Shown: piece after piece, positions 41,398 to 51,434 of the stretch
How positions within the stretch are numbered: the stretch's first letter is position 1
Layout: the number at the start of each line of letters is the position of its first letter
Assembly (NCBI GenBank): GCA_965197825.1
Contig: CBDANW010000002.1
Span: 138,059-202,058 of the forward strand
Direction: 5' to 3'
Length of the DNA: 64,000 nt
Source: Candidatus Marinacidobacterales bacterium
GTDB lineage: Bacteria; Acidobacteriota; Vicinamibacteria; Marinacidobacterales; DATDRI01
Notes under the pieces: generated by a model
What the model saw: the letters and a program-made list of their open reading frames with translations, nothing else
Database searches by the model: none
What the model was told of the DNA's origin: nothing
Translations under genes and position numbers: made by a program

Positions 41398-41915
41398 CCC
41401 TGGCCTCGATTCTGGGCCTTTCGGGTGGCCTCTCTTCCGCCGCCGGACGGCCCTGTCAGCGTCCGTTCTCCCCTTTAGCGCAAACGTGGCACTCGAAAAT
41501 CGCGATTAGAGACGAATACCGAAAATGAGGCTCATTCAGCCCTTCTAGCGCGTCTCTGGTGACACCTGATCCGACAAAACCGCGCCAACGGCGCGGAAGA
41601 TCTCACCCGTCTCTGCAGTGCCACAATTGGCCAGACTGGGTGGCGGATGGGACAGTTTGGAGCTATCCGGTCTCGGCTGGAAACCGAGAATAACAGGGAA
41701 TTAACAGGGAATTTAGGCCGTTTTGAGGCTGATCGGGCCGTATTTTAAGGTGGTAACCCTCTATATTTCTAATGGTTAGATGGCAATTCCCTGTTCCGAA
41801 AAAACAGGGAATTTGAGATGACCGAACAGGGAATTTGAAATAGGCAAACAGGGAATTGCTCTGGAGGAACAGGGAATTAAAGTCAGCGAACAGGGAAATG
41901 TCACGGTCAGCACAT
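41398..41915 (+). repeat. module X copy 2 plus iteron array (8 x AACAGGGAAT)
   Basis: Direct iterons start at 41692, 41703, 41803, 41825, 41847, 41868 and 41889, with one inverted at 41785-41795. The last five have 21-22 bp phasing. A copy with 7 sites is at 47436-47620. Confidence 0.75.
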
Positions 41916-42055
41916 GAGGGGTTCCATTCGACCGCACGGATGGCTTTCCGCCCCGCCGGTCAAAAGAGTCCCATCTCCGACCTCGGAGCAAGAATGTCCG
42001 GGTCGTCGTTCCGAACGCTGTTTACTCTGGTGCTAACGGCACGCTTCTCTAAGGG

Positions 42056-43454
42056 GGTCAAGTCTTAATTTTCCTGTCAAATCTCCGTACGGTTCCCCGC
42101 GCTCGGTTAAGCTGCTGATTCCTCCGACGTGCCTTGCGGGAGAAGCTCGTTGCGAAGCTCCTCGACTTTCCTAGCGGCGAAGACATCCATCCTCACGCCG
42201 CGCCATTTGTTTGCGACGGCCAAGAGCACAGCGAACGAGAGTTTCATCGCGGCCTCCTCGGTGAAGAAGTGAGGAATGACCTTTGTGCGACGTTTGTGCT
42301 CTCCGAACGTGCGCTCAAGTAGATTCGACGTGCGAAGCCTTTTGTGATGCGCCGCAGGAAGGCGTAGCGCCTGAAGACACGCTTCGAGGGTCTCTTCCAT
42401 GCACTTCATCGCGCTCGGGAATCGTTGACGGTACCGAGCGATCACCTCCCGACCCTTCTTCAGCCCTTGCTCGTAGCTGTTCGCATGGAACGACTCAAGG
42501 ATGGCCGCCTTGAGTTCGTCGCGCACTTCCTTCGGAGCCTTGCCCAGGATGTTCTCGAGGCGGTGCTTCTGGCAACGTTGCTTGAGGCTTCGAGGGAAGA
42601 CCTCTGCGATCGCTTTGAGCACTCCAGGATTCCCGTCCGTCACGATGAGCAACGGCTCCCTCATTCCTCGGGCCACTATCTCCTGCAAGAACCCCTTCCA
42701 GTTCTCGTAGGATTCTCGGTTGCCGACACCGATATGAAGAAGAACTCGCGTCCCATCAGCGCGATAGCCGGTCGCAACGAGGATGGGCTCTTTTCTCTCC
42801 GCTCCTTGGTGGTAGCGCAGGTACGTGCCGTCGAGCTCGAGATACAACAGCTTCTCGTTCGAGAGATCCCGTTTTCGAAACGCCTCGAAATCCTCCGACA
42901 GACACCGTGTGACCCGGCTCACCACCGACTTCGAGACACCCGTGCCGCTCAGCACGTCCGCGAACGTCGCCTCAATGTCACGCGTCGACATCCCGTGGAC
43001 GTACATCCGCGCGATCAGTTCATCGAGTTTCTCGGTCCGGCTCACGTAGGCGTCGAGAATCTTTGACTGAAACACCTTCTCTGTTTCTCGTACCCGCGGC
43101 ACTTGCACCGTCACCGCTCCCTCGCCCGTGAGGACCCGATGCGACTCATACCCGTTGCGTCGTCCCTTCTCCTTCGTCGTTGCCGGAGCGTTCTCATAGT
43201 AGTTTCGACCCAACGCCTCCGTCACCTCGCGCTCCAACGCATATTGAAGCATCATCTGAGCTCCCGACCGGACGATCTCCGAGAGATTCATCTCCCCAAA
43301 TACCAGTTGTTCCTCGAACTGCTTGAGCAATCGCTGACTCGGTAGTACCTTTCCCATGATGTATGGTTCTCCTTTTCTGTCCCCATGACGGGGACGGGTT
43401 TGAGCTTGGGGACCATACATCGTTTTTCTTTGACAGGAATCTTAAGACATCACC
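42056..43454 (-). mobile_element. IS256-family insertion sequence, intact copy 3 (inserted into an SRAP gene fragment)
   Basis: 1399 bp. A 9-bp duplication CTCTAAGGG lies at 42047-42055 and 43455-43463. The flanks rejoin to match 6580-6640. Confidence 0.9.
42107..43357 (-). CDS. IS256-family transposase
   Basis: Identical protein to copy 1 from MGKVLPSQ onward. A 1-nt deletion in the 5' leader changes only the spurious upstream extension. Confidence 0.9.
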   Translation of the reverse strand: MGKVLPSQRLLKQFEEQLVFGEMNLSEIVRSGAQMMLQYALEREVTEALGRNYYENAPATTKEKGRRNGYESHRVLTGEGAVTVQVPRVRETEKVFQSKILDAYVSRTEKLDELIARMYVHGMSTRDIEATFADVLSGTGVSKSVVSRVTRCLSEDFEAFRKRDLSNEKLLYLELDGTYLRYHQGAERKEPILVATGYRADGTRVLLHIGVGNRESYENWKGFLQEIVARGMREPLLIVTDGNPGVLKAIAEVFPRSLKQRCQKHRLENILGKAPKEVRDELKAAILESFHANSYEQGLKKGREVIARYRQRFPSAMKCMEETLEACLQALRLPAAHHKRLRTSNLLERTFGEHKRRTKVIPHFFTEEAAMKLSFAVLLAVANKWRGVRMDVFAARKVEELRNELLPQGTSEESAA

Positions 43455-43689
43455 CTCTAAGGGCCGGCCACCATAGGGTTCACGCACCAAGTCTGTCTGC
43501 CCGTCAATATTCGATCTTCTTGTCTACGGATCACCACCTCCTTGCCGTCAGAAGACGGGTCTAGGTATTCCTGTTCACGGAGGCACACAACCCGGTCTCT
43601 TCCGAGATCGTGCCACTGCACGCAGCCGCTTAACAACACTTGATGGCGGAAGCACCCTGGCGGTTGACCCCGCCGTGTCCAAGTCCCTC

Positions 43690-44460
43690 TTACGAAGAGC
43701 CGCCCTTGACCGGATTCAAGAACTCCTGCATCAGCTCGATCGGAAGTGGGAATACGAGCGTCGAGTTCTTTTCGGTTGCGATCTCGGTAAGAGTCTGTAG
43801 ATAGCGTAGCTGGATCCCCATCGGGTGTTGCCCGACGACCTTCGCCGCCGCCGCCAACTTATCAGAGGCTTCGAACTCACCATCGGCGTGGATGATCTTG
43901 GCTCGCTTCTCCCGTTCCGCCTCCGCCTGCTTGGCCAGCGCACGCGTCATTTCGGCCGGTAGGTCGACGTGCTTGACCTCGACGGAGGTGACTTTGATGC
44001 CCCACGGGTCGGTGTGTTTGTCCAGGAGATCCTGGAGCTGCATGTTGAGCCGCTCACGTTCGGATAGAAGATCATCGAGCTCCACTTGACCGAGGACGCT
44101 GCGGAGCGTCGTTTGCGCAAGCTGAGAAGTCGCATGGAGAAAGTTCTCCACCTCGACCACCGCCTTGATCGGATGAACGACACGGAAGAAAACCACCGCG
44201 TTTACCTTCACCGAAACGTTGTCGCGAGTGATCACATCCTGGGGCGGCACGTCGAGAGCCACCAGTCGGAGACTCATCTTCACCATGCGATCGATCGGGC
44301 TGAAGACGAAGATGAGTCCCGGCCCCTTGGGATAGGGCAGGAGCTTCCCGAAGCGAAAGATGACTCCTCGCTCGTACTCGTTGAGAACCTTGATCCAATT
44401 GAGGAAAAAGATTGCGAGAAGAATAAGACCAATAAACCCACCCAACGGTAGCCCAAACAT
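43690..44460 (-). CDS. SPFH/Band-7 (stomatin-like) membrane protein
   Basis: An N-terminal TM is followed by [12 protein letters not shown]...[21 protein letters not shown]...[30 protein letters not shown], a typical SPFH core. Confidence 0.8.
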   Translation of the reverse strand: MFGLPLGGFIGLILLAIFFLNWIKVLNEYERGVIFRFGKLLPYPKGPGLIFVFSPIDRMVKMSLRLVALDVPPQDVITRDNVSVKVNAVVFFRVVHPIKAVVEVENFLHATSQLAQTTLRSVLGQVELDDLLSERERLNMQLQDLLDKHTDPWGIKVTSVEVKHVDLPAEMTRALAKQAEAEREKRAKIIHADGEFEASDKLAAAAKVVGQHPMGIQLRYLQTLTEIATEKNSTLVFPLPIELMQEFLNPVKGGSS

Positions 44461-44462
44461 CG

Positions 44463-44600
44463 CTCACTCCTTTTCTGATTCCGTCGAGTCCCCCGAAAAG
44501 GGCTTCACTCGGAGGACGAGCCCATTCATTCCAGTCACCTTGACGCGTTCACCGAGGTCCATCCCTGCTCCTGTCTCCGCACCCCCCACGAGTGGTACCA
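44463..44600 (-). pseudogene. C-terminal OB-fold remnant of an NfeD-like gene
   Basis: VVPLVGGAETGAGMDLGERVKVTGMNGLVLRVKPFSGDSTESEKE* lies immediately upstream of the SPFH gene, which is the usual nfeD-SPFH order. A stop precedes it and no membrane part is present. Confidence 0.45.
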
Positions 44601-44968
44601 CCTTCTAAGTATGGAGTCGCACAAGGACTATTACCCCAGGGAGCTAGCTCGGGCCCGTCTGATGATCGCTACCACACTGGCTAGTGACTTACAAATTTCT
44701 CAGCCTCTTGGGTCGAACGACTCCAACCCTACTCCTCACCCGTAACGGGCTGCGGCTGGATCCAGAGATGGAGCGCGGCTATACCCCGTCCTGTGCCAAA
44801 ACTTGATCCACTGGTAACGTTACAAGCGACCAGTTGACGCGGCGTGGACGGTGGGGCCTGCAACAACCATTGAGCAGAGCTACCCTCCTTGGTCCGGTCG
44901 CAAACACAGACTCTAAATTGCTGATTTATAGTCTATTCCAAAAGGGCTGAGTTTTGGCACAGGACGGG

Positions 44969-45610
44969 AAGGGGTTCTTGCAGGAGATGGTGGCCCGAGG
45001 AATGAGGGAGCCGTTGCTCATCGTGACGGACGGGAATCCTGGAGTGCTCAAAGCGATCGCAGAGGTCTTCCCTCGAAGCCTCAAGCAACGTTGCCAGAAG
45101 CACCGCCTCGAGAACATCCTGGGCAAGGCTCCGAAGGAAGTGCGCGACGAACTCAAGGCGGCCATCCTTGAGTCGTTCCATGCGAACAGCTACGAGCAAG
45201 GGCTGAAGAAGGGTCGGGAGGTGATCGCTCGGTACCGTCAACGATTCCCGAGCGCGATGAAGTGCATGGAAGAGACCTTCGAAGCGTGTCTTCAGGCGCT
45301 ACGCCTTCCTGCGGCGCATCACAAAAGGCTTCGCACGTCGAATCTACTTGAGCGCACGTTCGGAGAGCACAAACGTCGCACAAAGGTCATTCCTCACTTC
45401 TTCACCGAGGAGGCCGCGATGAAACTCTCGTTCGCTGTGCTCTTGGCCGTCGCAAACAAATGGCGCGGCGTGAGGATGGATGTCTTCGCCGCTAGGAAAG
45501 TCGAGGAGCTTCGCAACGAGCTTCTCCCGCAAGGCACGTCGGAGGAATCAGCAGCTTAACCGAGCGCGGGGAACCGTACGGAGATTTGACAGGGAAATTA
45601 AGACTTGACC
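44969..45610 (+). pseudogene. 3' 640 bp of an IS256 copy including the right IR
   Basis: Begins at a TIR-A terminus (44887-44968) with ...KGFLQEMVARGMREPLLIVTDGNPG and runs to ...GACAGGGAAATTAAGACTTGACC. Confidence 0.85.
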
Positions 45611-45781
45611 AAACTCATGACGGAATGTCGTTTGAAGCAGCCAGTGAACTTCATCGGCTCAGAAACGACAATCGCCAGTTAAAGCGCAGCTATCGATACA
45701 CCCAAATCGGATTGTGGATCGCGGCTCTCAGCTTGCTTGCGAATTTCGTGATGGCAATTCTCAAGGCACTCGGACTCTTCC

Positions 45782-46633
45782 CTAAATGAGGTACTTGAAG
45801 CCGAGCACCATAGACCAGGGATTGATGCCACTGATTTCAGTGTCGCTCGGAATAGGAAGCGGATGCACCTCGTAAGGACTCGTGTCCTCAAGGTCATCGA
45901 CCCAGATATAGGACGCCTTCACGCCGATTAGGAGCTTGTCGCCCAAACGATAGTCGACACCGACAAAGATCTGCTTGGAAAGCCCGCTGTCGGACAGATC
46001 GACGTCCTGCAGGCTGTTGTACTCCGCCGCGGGACGACCCTCGCACGGCTGATTGATGCAGGAATATTCGCTGCTGAAGTACAGCCCGGACAACTCCATG
46101 AAGGACAGCCCCAGCCCAACACCCAGATAAGGCATGATCCGGTTTTCCGCGAACGAGAAGTCGTGATAGGCGTTCAGGGACAGCGTGCGCACGGCCAGAG
46201 CATCGACTCTGGCTGTGCTGGTCGACGTATAGTTGCTGTCTTCGTTGGGTAGGATCGGAGACCCATCGAGCAAGGTAATGCCGGTGAATTCTTGCTCGAC
46301 GTTGTTCGATCGCTGGGAGGCCGACACCTCCAAGCGCACTTCGCCGAAATCTCGACCGAAGGCAACTTCAAAGACAGTACCGAGATCGGAGGGCAGGTCG
46401 TAAAACCACCGATAGCCCTCGGGCGTGCCGCTGCAAAGGTCGTTCGGATAACAGATGTTGTCCCGGTTATGGCCGGCCTGCTTCATGACGGGATTCGAGT
46501 TCGTACCGCCGCTTGCGCTCAAGTACCATCCGTAGGACCCCGGCTCTTGACCCGCGCTCCGTTCCGCTCCGCCGAGTACGGCGCAAATCGCAAGGGTGGC
46601 TCCGAAGGTCTGCTGCTGTTTGGACAAATGCAC
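45782..46633 (-). CDS. outer-membrane beta-barrel protein (OmpA-like/porin-family barrel)
   Basis: Signal peptide MHLSKQQQTFGATLAICAVLGGAERSAGQ. Alternating amphipathic strands rich in Y/G/S follow, with a C-terminal ...WSMVLGFKYLI. Confidence 0.6.
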   Translation of the reverse strand: MHLSKQQQTFGATLAICAVLGGAERSAGQEPGSYGWYLSASGGTNSNPVMKQAGHNRDNICYPNDLCSGTPEGYRWFYDLPSDLGTVFEVAFGRDFGEVRLEVSASQRSNNVEQEFTGITLLDGSPILPNEDSNYTSTSTARVDALAVRTLSLNAYHDFSFAENRIMPYLGVGLGLSFMELSGLYFSSEYSCINQPCEGRPAAEYNSLQDVDLSDSGLSKQIFVGVDYRLGDKLLIGVKASYIWVDDLEDTSPYEVHPLPIPSDTEISGINPWSMVLGFKYLI

Positions 46634-46791
46634 TTAAGTCACCTCCAGTTGAGTCCGATCACCTTATTTGAGGCAACCAAGTCCCCAAGAATCCCGAGAA
46701 ACGGGTCTCACACTATGGAGCCGGTGAGGGGAGATATCAATCGCCCGACGGGGGGCAGGCCCAAGGCATGAGCCACCTCCGGGTGGCAGGT

Positions 46792-46980
46792 TCATGTTGA
46801 CGAGCGGCGCGGACGCCGAGGAAACGTGTGGGCGGCATCGAGTATCGACGTGTAGACGATATCACGAAAATCGTGCAGAAGGACGAAGCGCTCCGCAATA
46901 TGCGTGTAGTGAAGGGCGGTCCCGGAATCCCTGAAGACCTTCTCGATTGCGGCTTGCCATGTCATCTCTCTGGGGCTCAT
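46792..46980 (-). CDS. small HARE-HTH-like protein (possibly a truncated remnant)
   Basis: MTWQAAIEKVFRDSGTALHYTHIAERF resembles the N-terminal winged-helix of Mrr/RpoE-delta-type (HARE-HTH) proteins. The rest is not diagnostic, and the upstream part of the track ORF is MITE sequence. Confidence 0.25.
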   Translation of the reverse strand: MSPREMTWQAAIEKVFRDSGTALHYTHIAERFVLLHDFRDIVYTSILDAAHTFPRRPRRSST

Positions 46981-47060
46981 CCGGGTGCTCTTCTTCTCGG
47001 CTCGCCGTGCTATAGGTCTGCCCAGGTGCGAACGGGCCACAGCATGTCGCATTGACCTGA

Positions 47061-47384
47061 CCCCGTCCTGTGCCAAAACTCGGCCCTCTTGAAATAGCCG
47101 ATAAATCAGCAGCTTAGCGTCTGTGTTTTGCGATGGTGCCAAGGGCCGTGGCCTTTACAATCGTCTGGCCCGAGGGTGTTATCTTCGGATCCATCATGAC
47201 GTACCATGTGCAATTCCTACCGTTGGTCAGGCAGCCGTTGTTCGATCGGGCAGCCCTTGCTGCTCACACAGACCTCATGGGTGCTTCCGCCATTAAGTGT
47301 TGGTAAAATGACGCTAAGACTTTACGGTGCATTAAATTACAGACATGGTTTTTCAAAAGGGCCGAGTTTTGGCACAGGACGGGG
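47061..47384. mobile_element. ~320-bp TIR-A MITE, copy 3
   Basis: Near-identical to 5443-5763, in the same orientation. Confidence 0.8.
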
Positions 47385-47640
47385 TGGCGGATGGTGCAGT
47401 TCGGAGCTATCCGGTCTCGGCTAGCAGCCATCAATAACAGGGAATTAACAGGGAATTTGGGCCATTTTGAGGCTGATCGGACCGTTTTTGACGTGGTAAC
47501 CATCTGTATCTCAAATGGTTAGATGGCAATTCCCTGTTCCGAAATAACAGGGCATTTGAGATGACCGAACAGGGAATTTGAAATAGGCGAACAGGGAATC
47601 ACTCTGGAAGAACAGGGAAATGTCACGAGCAGCATGTGAC
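47383..47640 (+). repeat. truncated module X tail plus iteron array, copy 3
   Basis: AACAGGG(A/C)AT occurs at 47436, 47447, 47546, 47568, 47590 and 47611, and inverted at 47528-47538. The upstream part of module X is deleted at the MITE terminus. Confidence 0.75.
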
Positions 47641-48186
47641 GGGCGTCGAACTCGACGTACTATTTGCACAATACGAGCTTTGCACCTCGGCTTAGCTCAC
47701 CGGCGTACACTTAAGCTGTTGATTCATGGGCTATTTCAAAAGGGCTGAGTTTTGGCACGGGAGGAGGATGCCCCGCATCGGATCGATTTTTTCGGAGCAC
47801 AACGGTTCCAGGCTCTCTCCTTAACCGGATTGTGTTAGCATGCACTCGCAGCGTTGCAGAGAGCGACAACGATGGGCACCCACAATTTCGGCTTTCCATC
47901 TCGGTCATCTCGCCGGTTATAGTGCGCCGTGGTCCTGCTGATCCGAGTCATTCCTGGCGGCGACTGTGCCTCCACGCCTTTCCCATTTATATGCCTTCTC
48001 AGACCAAGTACGCGCAGCCGCCGACTGTCTCTCCACCGACGGCGATCCATTCGCGGTGGCCGCGCCGAGAGCAACCGCCAATTCCCCGCCCAGTGCTACC
48101 GACGCCGGGCCCTGCGCTTGAGGAGCGTGGAGGCCACGAAAACGCCGGCGTCCCCGGTCACCAAAACACGAACCCGGAGGATCACC

Positions 48187-48381
48187 ATGACAACCCGACA
48201 AACGCCTCGGGGCGCCAGTGCGCGCCGAGAGGCCACCGACGTTTCAGAGAGGACAACCATCTCCGCTAGCGATGTCGGTGTCACACTTAGGATCAGCGAC
48301 AAGGCTTTGAGAAAACTCGACCAGATTCAAGAGGAAACAATCAAGGCCGCACAGGAGGACCAGAAGTTCTCTTGGCGATGA
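48187..48381 (+). CDS. small (64 aa) possible ribbon-helix-helix protein
   Basis: GGAGGA lies 6 nt upstream of the ATG. VGVTLRISDKALRKLDQIQEE fits a beta-strand/helix RHH start. It ends 54 nt upstream of the 526-aa gene. The assignment is weak. Confidence 0.3.
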   Translation: MTTRQTPRGASARREATDVSERTTISASDVGVTLRISDKALRKLDQIQEETIKAAQEDQKFSWR

Positions 48382-48435
48382 GCTTCCGGTGCGCCCGCCT
48401 CTACCAAGCCATCTCCTCCAACTGTCGGGCCCACA

Positions 48436-50016
48436 ATGAAAATAAAGTACGTTGTAGAGGCACTTGACAGTCAGGACGATTGGTCGCGCTTAGCCGAGGC
48501 GCTCGGCGGTGAGGACTTCGATGTAGTACGCAACATACTCCGACACCTCCGCGTGCTCGACGCGAAGTCCTATGTTCTCGAAGACCCGTACATCGACCGC
48601 GACTACTCGGTGGACTACCTTCATTTCTATGCCCGGACGTTCCGAGCCTACGAGCGTCACTGCAAGCGTGTCCATTTCTTCTCTGACGACATATCTCCGC
48701 TCCTCAGTCGACCCCTATCCACAGATCGACTGGTCGAGATTCAGCGTTTCTCAAACACCACCTATTGCGGCTTCTGTGTCATCCGTCCCTTGTCAACCGC
48801 CCCGATCGGCAGAACGGTCCTCAGAGCGCGGGTCCGCAATGGCTTCGACATGGAGGCAACCGTCACCTGCCGTGCTGACTTCCACGCCCACCTGCTCAGC
48901 GTTGACCTGCAAGTCACTGGTGCGTCCTTCCTCCAACAGGACGCCCGCGTGGGCGCGTGCGCCCAAGTTGCCATCTGGGCAGGCATGCGACACATGCAAG
49001 CACGGCACAGCTACAACTGGGTTTCCGTGGCGGACATCACGCAATTCGCTACGCCGACGACCGCAACCGAGGCCGTTTCCCTTCCCGCCGGATCGGAATT
49101 CCTCACCTCCGAACGGATGATTCGTGCGATCAGTGAAGCCGGCTATCAGCCTCTTTGTTTCCGACGCCCGGCCATCGACCGCGCCATCCTTCCGTACGTC
49201 GAATCGGGAATTCCGGTTATCCTCGGCCTCAATATCGATGGAACTCTCGGCCACGCCGTCACCGTAATCGGCCGCGTCTTCGCTAAACAGGACCCTCCAA
49301 CCAACAGCGCCATCGACTACGTCCCCGCCTACATAGTCCACGACGACCAGAGCGGCCCCTACATGTGGCTCCCCATGGACCGCGACGCCAGCACGACCTT
49401 CTCCTTCACCGACGATACGATTAAACGTGACACGCCCGCCGGACCCATCGAGTTGAATGTTCGCGGCCACGCGGTCTTCGCCGTAGCCCTCATGTCCACC
49501 AGGGTCTTCTCGACCGCGGCAGCCGCCGAGCATTCCGCCTGGGACAGAATCGACGAAAACTTGCACAAGATGCCGGAGACCCGTAGGCTACTTGACGAAC
49601 GCCAACTCCCCGTCAACGCCAGGCTCTTGGACGAGCTGCAGGCAGCGTACAACTCCGACCACATTGTGCTGCGGACATACCTGACGTCCGCTGCCGGCTA
49701 CCGCCACCACCTTGCCGAAGGCTCGGCCAGTGACGACCTCAAGGACGCCTTGCTAGATCTCCACCTGCCCCACTTCACATGGATCACCGAGGTCTCCACG
49801 ATCGATTCCTACAACCAGTCTTCCCCGGGCTTGCGGCGCATCTACGGACATACGGTTCTCGATGCGACCTCGACCGGCAAGGACGGCGACGGCCTACTGG
49901 TGCTCCACCTTCCCGGGCTTCTCGTCACCCACGACATCAATGCACGAGAGTATCCAGAGAAACTCGCCTTGATCAGGGACGACAGGTTGTACGAGTGCCG
50001 CGAGAAGTTACTCTAG
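48436..50016 (+). CDS. 526-aa protein with a papain-like cysteine peptidase signature (unassigned family)
   Basis: FLQQDARVGACAQVAIWAGMRH (Gln then Cys), GTLGHAVTVIGRV (His) and YIVHDDQSGPY (Asp/Asn) occur in the order expected for a papain/C39-like fold. They are preceded by a ~150-aa N-domain (DPYIDRDYSVDYLHFYARTF..CKRVHFF) and followed by a ~190-aa C-domain. Confidence 0.45.
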   Translation: MKIKYVVEALDSQDDWSRLAEALGGEDFDVVRNILRHLRVLDAKSYVLEDPYIDRDYSVDYLHFYARTFRAYERHCKRVHFFSDDISPLLSRPLSTDRLVEIQRFSNTTYCGFCVIRPLSTAPIGRTVLRARVRNGFDMEATVTCRADFHAHLLSVDLQVTGASFLQQDARVGACAQVAIWAGMRHMQARHSYNWVSVADITQFATPTTATEAVSLPAGSEFLTSERMIRAISEAGYQPLCFRRPAIDRAILPYVESGIPVILGLNIDGTLGHAVTVIGRVFAKQDPPTNSAIDYVPAYIVHDDQSGPYMWLPMDRDASTTFSFTDDTIKRDTPAGPIELNVRGHAVFAVALMSTRVFSTAAAAEHSAWDRIDENLHKMPETRRLLDERQLPVNARLLDELQAAYNSDHIVLRTYLTSAAGYRHHLAEGSASDDLKDALLDLHLPHFTWITEVSTIDSYNQSSPGLRRIYGHTVLDATSTGKDGDGLLVLHLPGLLVTHDINAREYPEKLALIRDDRLYECREKLL

Positions 50017-51434
50017 TTCACAATCGGTTTCGTCGGTAGCGTTCCATTGTCGCCCATACCAAACCGGCTGTTGGCAGTCTGCGAACACTCGACGCAGTCC
50101 ACGCCCCGCCGCGGCATGTCGTAACCCGCCACTGCCCGACGGGAGTTCCATCGAAACCATCCGGTCTCTGCGTTGTCGTACTTCAGACCCGTCAAGTGGA
50201 ACAGAAAATCGTCTGCAGCATGCGCGCAGGAGATCGCGTTCATGGTGACCACACTTGGCGCCACTACACCCGGGTCGTTCACGTATGCGTATCCGCGCCT
50301 GGCCGCCTCCGGCACCGCCTCGTCCTGCAAACTTCCAGGGTTGATCAGCCCGTTACACCACAGACACCCTTGCTCGGGTGTAACCATCCGGCTGACGCAG
50401 AACACGTTGCCTACGGTCCCGTCGTCCGCAACCGGAATCTTCGCACCGACCTGGATACCAGGAATGCCGTACTGGTGCACGATCGCGTTGAAGAGCAGTC
50501 GCGCCCCCATGGTGTCCGCCGCGAGGAAAAGGAAGTCGCAGTCTGTGAAACGCGCCGCCACATCCTCGTCGAGAAAGTCCCTCGCCATTGCCTCGATCCG
50601 CGCGTCGCGGTTCGCACGACGAATGTTCCGGGCCGCCATCCTGACTTTGGGTCCCCGCAACCGGTCCGCGATGACCCTCGGCACCCATGAAGGCACGACC
50701 GCATCGCGTCGGCGAGCCCCGATGAGGCGCGGCAGGTTCGTTACATCCGCCCTATCTGGATCTGCGAGTACGAACTCCCCAACGCCAAGCCGGCCCAACA
50801 GTTCAGCCAGTATGGATCCAGCCCCGCCGAGCCCCACGATGCCCACGCGCGTCCGTCGCAACAGATCCTGACCGGCGTCCCCGAACAGGCGACTCTGTCG
50901 GTCGTACATCCCCACAGCCCCGACTTGGGTCTCGGGCATCGGAAACAGTAACTGTCGTCGGTGGCCGACGACAGTCGCCTGGCTCAGCGGAACCCGCGCA
51001 CAACCGGGAAACCAGAGATCCCCAGCCGCTGCGGATCGTGCGAAAACCAACGCGCCGACCGGCATGCCTCGTGCTATGTCGAGGAGAGCCGGATAGCCGC
51101 GTTCGTGCGACGCCATATCGTCCCGCGAAAATCCGACCGAGTCAGTCCCGCCATGGTTGTGAATGGCGAGATACCCCAGCCGCCTGTCCCTCGCACGGAG
51201 AATCCGGCTCTGGATGAACTCTGCCTTCAGCATGCGATAGCCACGCCTCCCCGGCACGTAGTCCACACCGTCCTTCGCCAGATGGATTTCCCTCGCGACG
51301 AGCCTTAGGCCGCGGTCGGACTCGCACGTGCCGGCAAGGATCACTGCACCGTGCTCGTCGCCATCCCCGGGAAACAGGTGCCTCTGGAGTTCGGCGTACA
51401 GCCCGCCAGGGATCGTCAGCCTCCAGGGCTTCAT
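50013..51434 (-). CDS. JAB/MPN metallopeptidase fused to ThiF/MoeB-type E1-like adenylyltransferase
   Basis: JAB half: DEHGAVILAG (Glu) and LAIHNHGGTDSVGFSRDD (HxH...S..D). E1 half: RVGIVGLGGAGSILAELLGRLGVGEFVLADPDRADVTNLPR plus the CLWC and CVEC pairs. The start MKPWRL at 51434 overlaps the upstream stop (ATGA). The track's 142-aa extension is spurious. Confidence 0.8.
   Translation of the reverse strand: MKPWRLTIPGGLYAELQRHLFPGDGDEHGAVILAGTCESDRGLRLVAREIHLAKDGVDYVPGRRGYRMLKAEFIQSRILRARDRRLGYLAIHNHGGTDSVGFSRDDMASHERGYPALLDIARGMPVGALVFARSAAAGDLWFPGCARVPLSQATVVGHRRQLLFPMPETQVGAVGMYDRQSRLFGDAGQDLLRRTRVGIVGLGGAGSILAELLGRLGVGEFVLADPDRADVTNLPRLIGARRRDAVVPSWVPRVIADRLRGPKVRMAARNIRRANRDARIEAMARDFLDEDVAARFTDCDFLFLAADTMGARLLFNAIVHQYGIPGIQVGAKIPVADDGTVGNVFCVSRMVTPEQGCLWCNGLINPGSLQDEAVPEAARRGYAYVNDPGVVAPSVVTMNAISCAHAADDFLFHLTGLKYDNAETGWFRWNSRRAVAGYDMPRRGVDCVECSQTANSRFGMGDNGTLPTKPIVN

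Noticed and set aside
41692-41898. Whether the periodic AACAGGGAAT repeats could be a second CRISPR array.
   Set aside because: The repeat unit is only ~10 bp with 11-12 bp 'spacers' and one inverted copy. Two arrays share the same intervening sequences. This is iteron-like and not CRISPR.
45586-45789. 67-aa ORF with a C-terminal hydrophobic helix (possible small membrane protein).
   Set aside because: The first 12 codons are IS256 inverted-repeat sequence. The remaining 54 aa have no SD or homology that I can recognise, so it is left unannotated.
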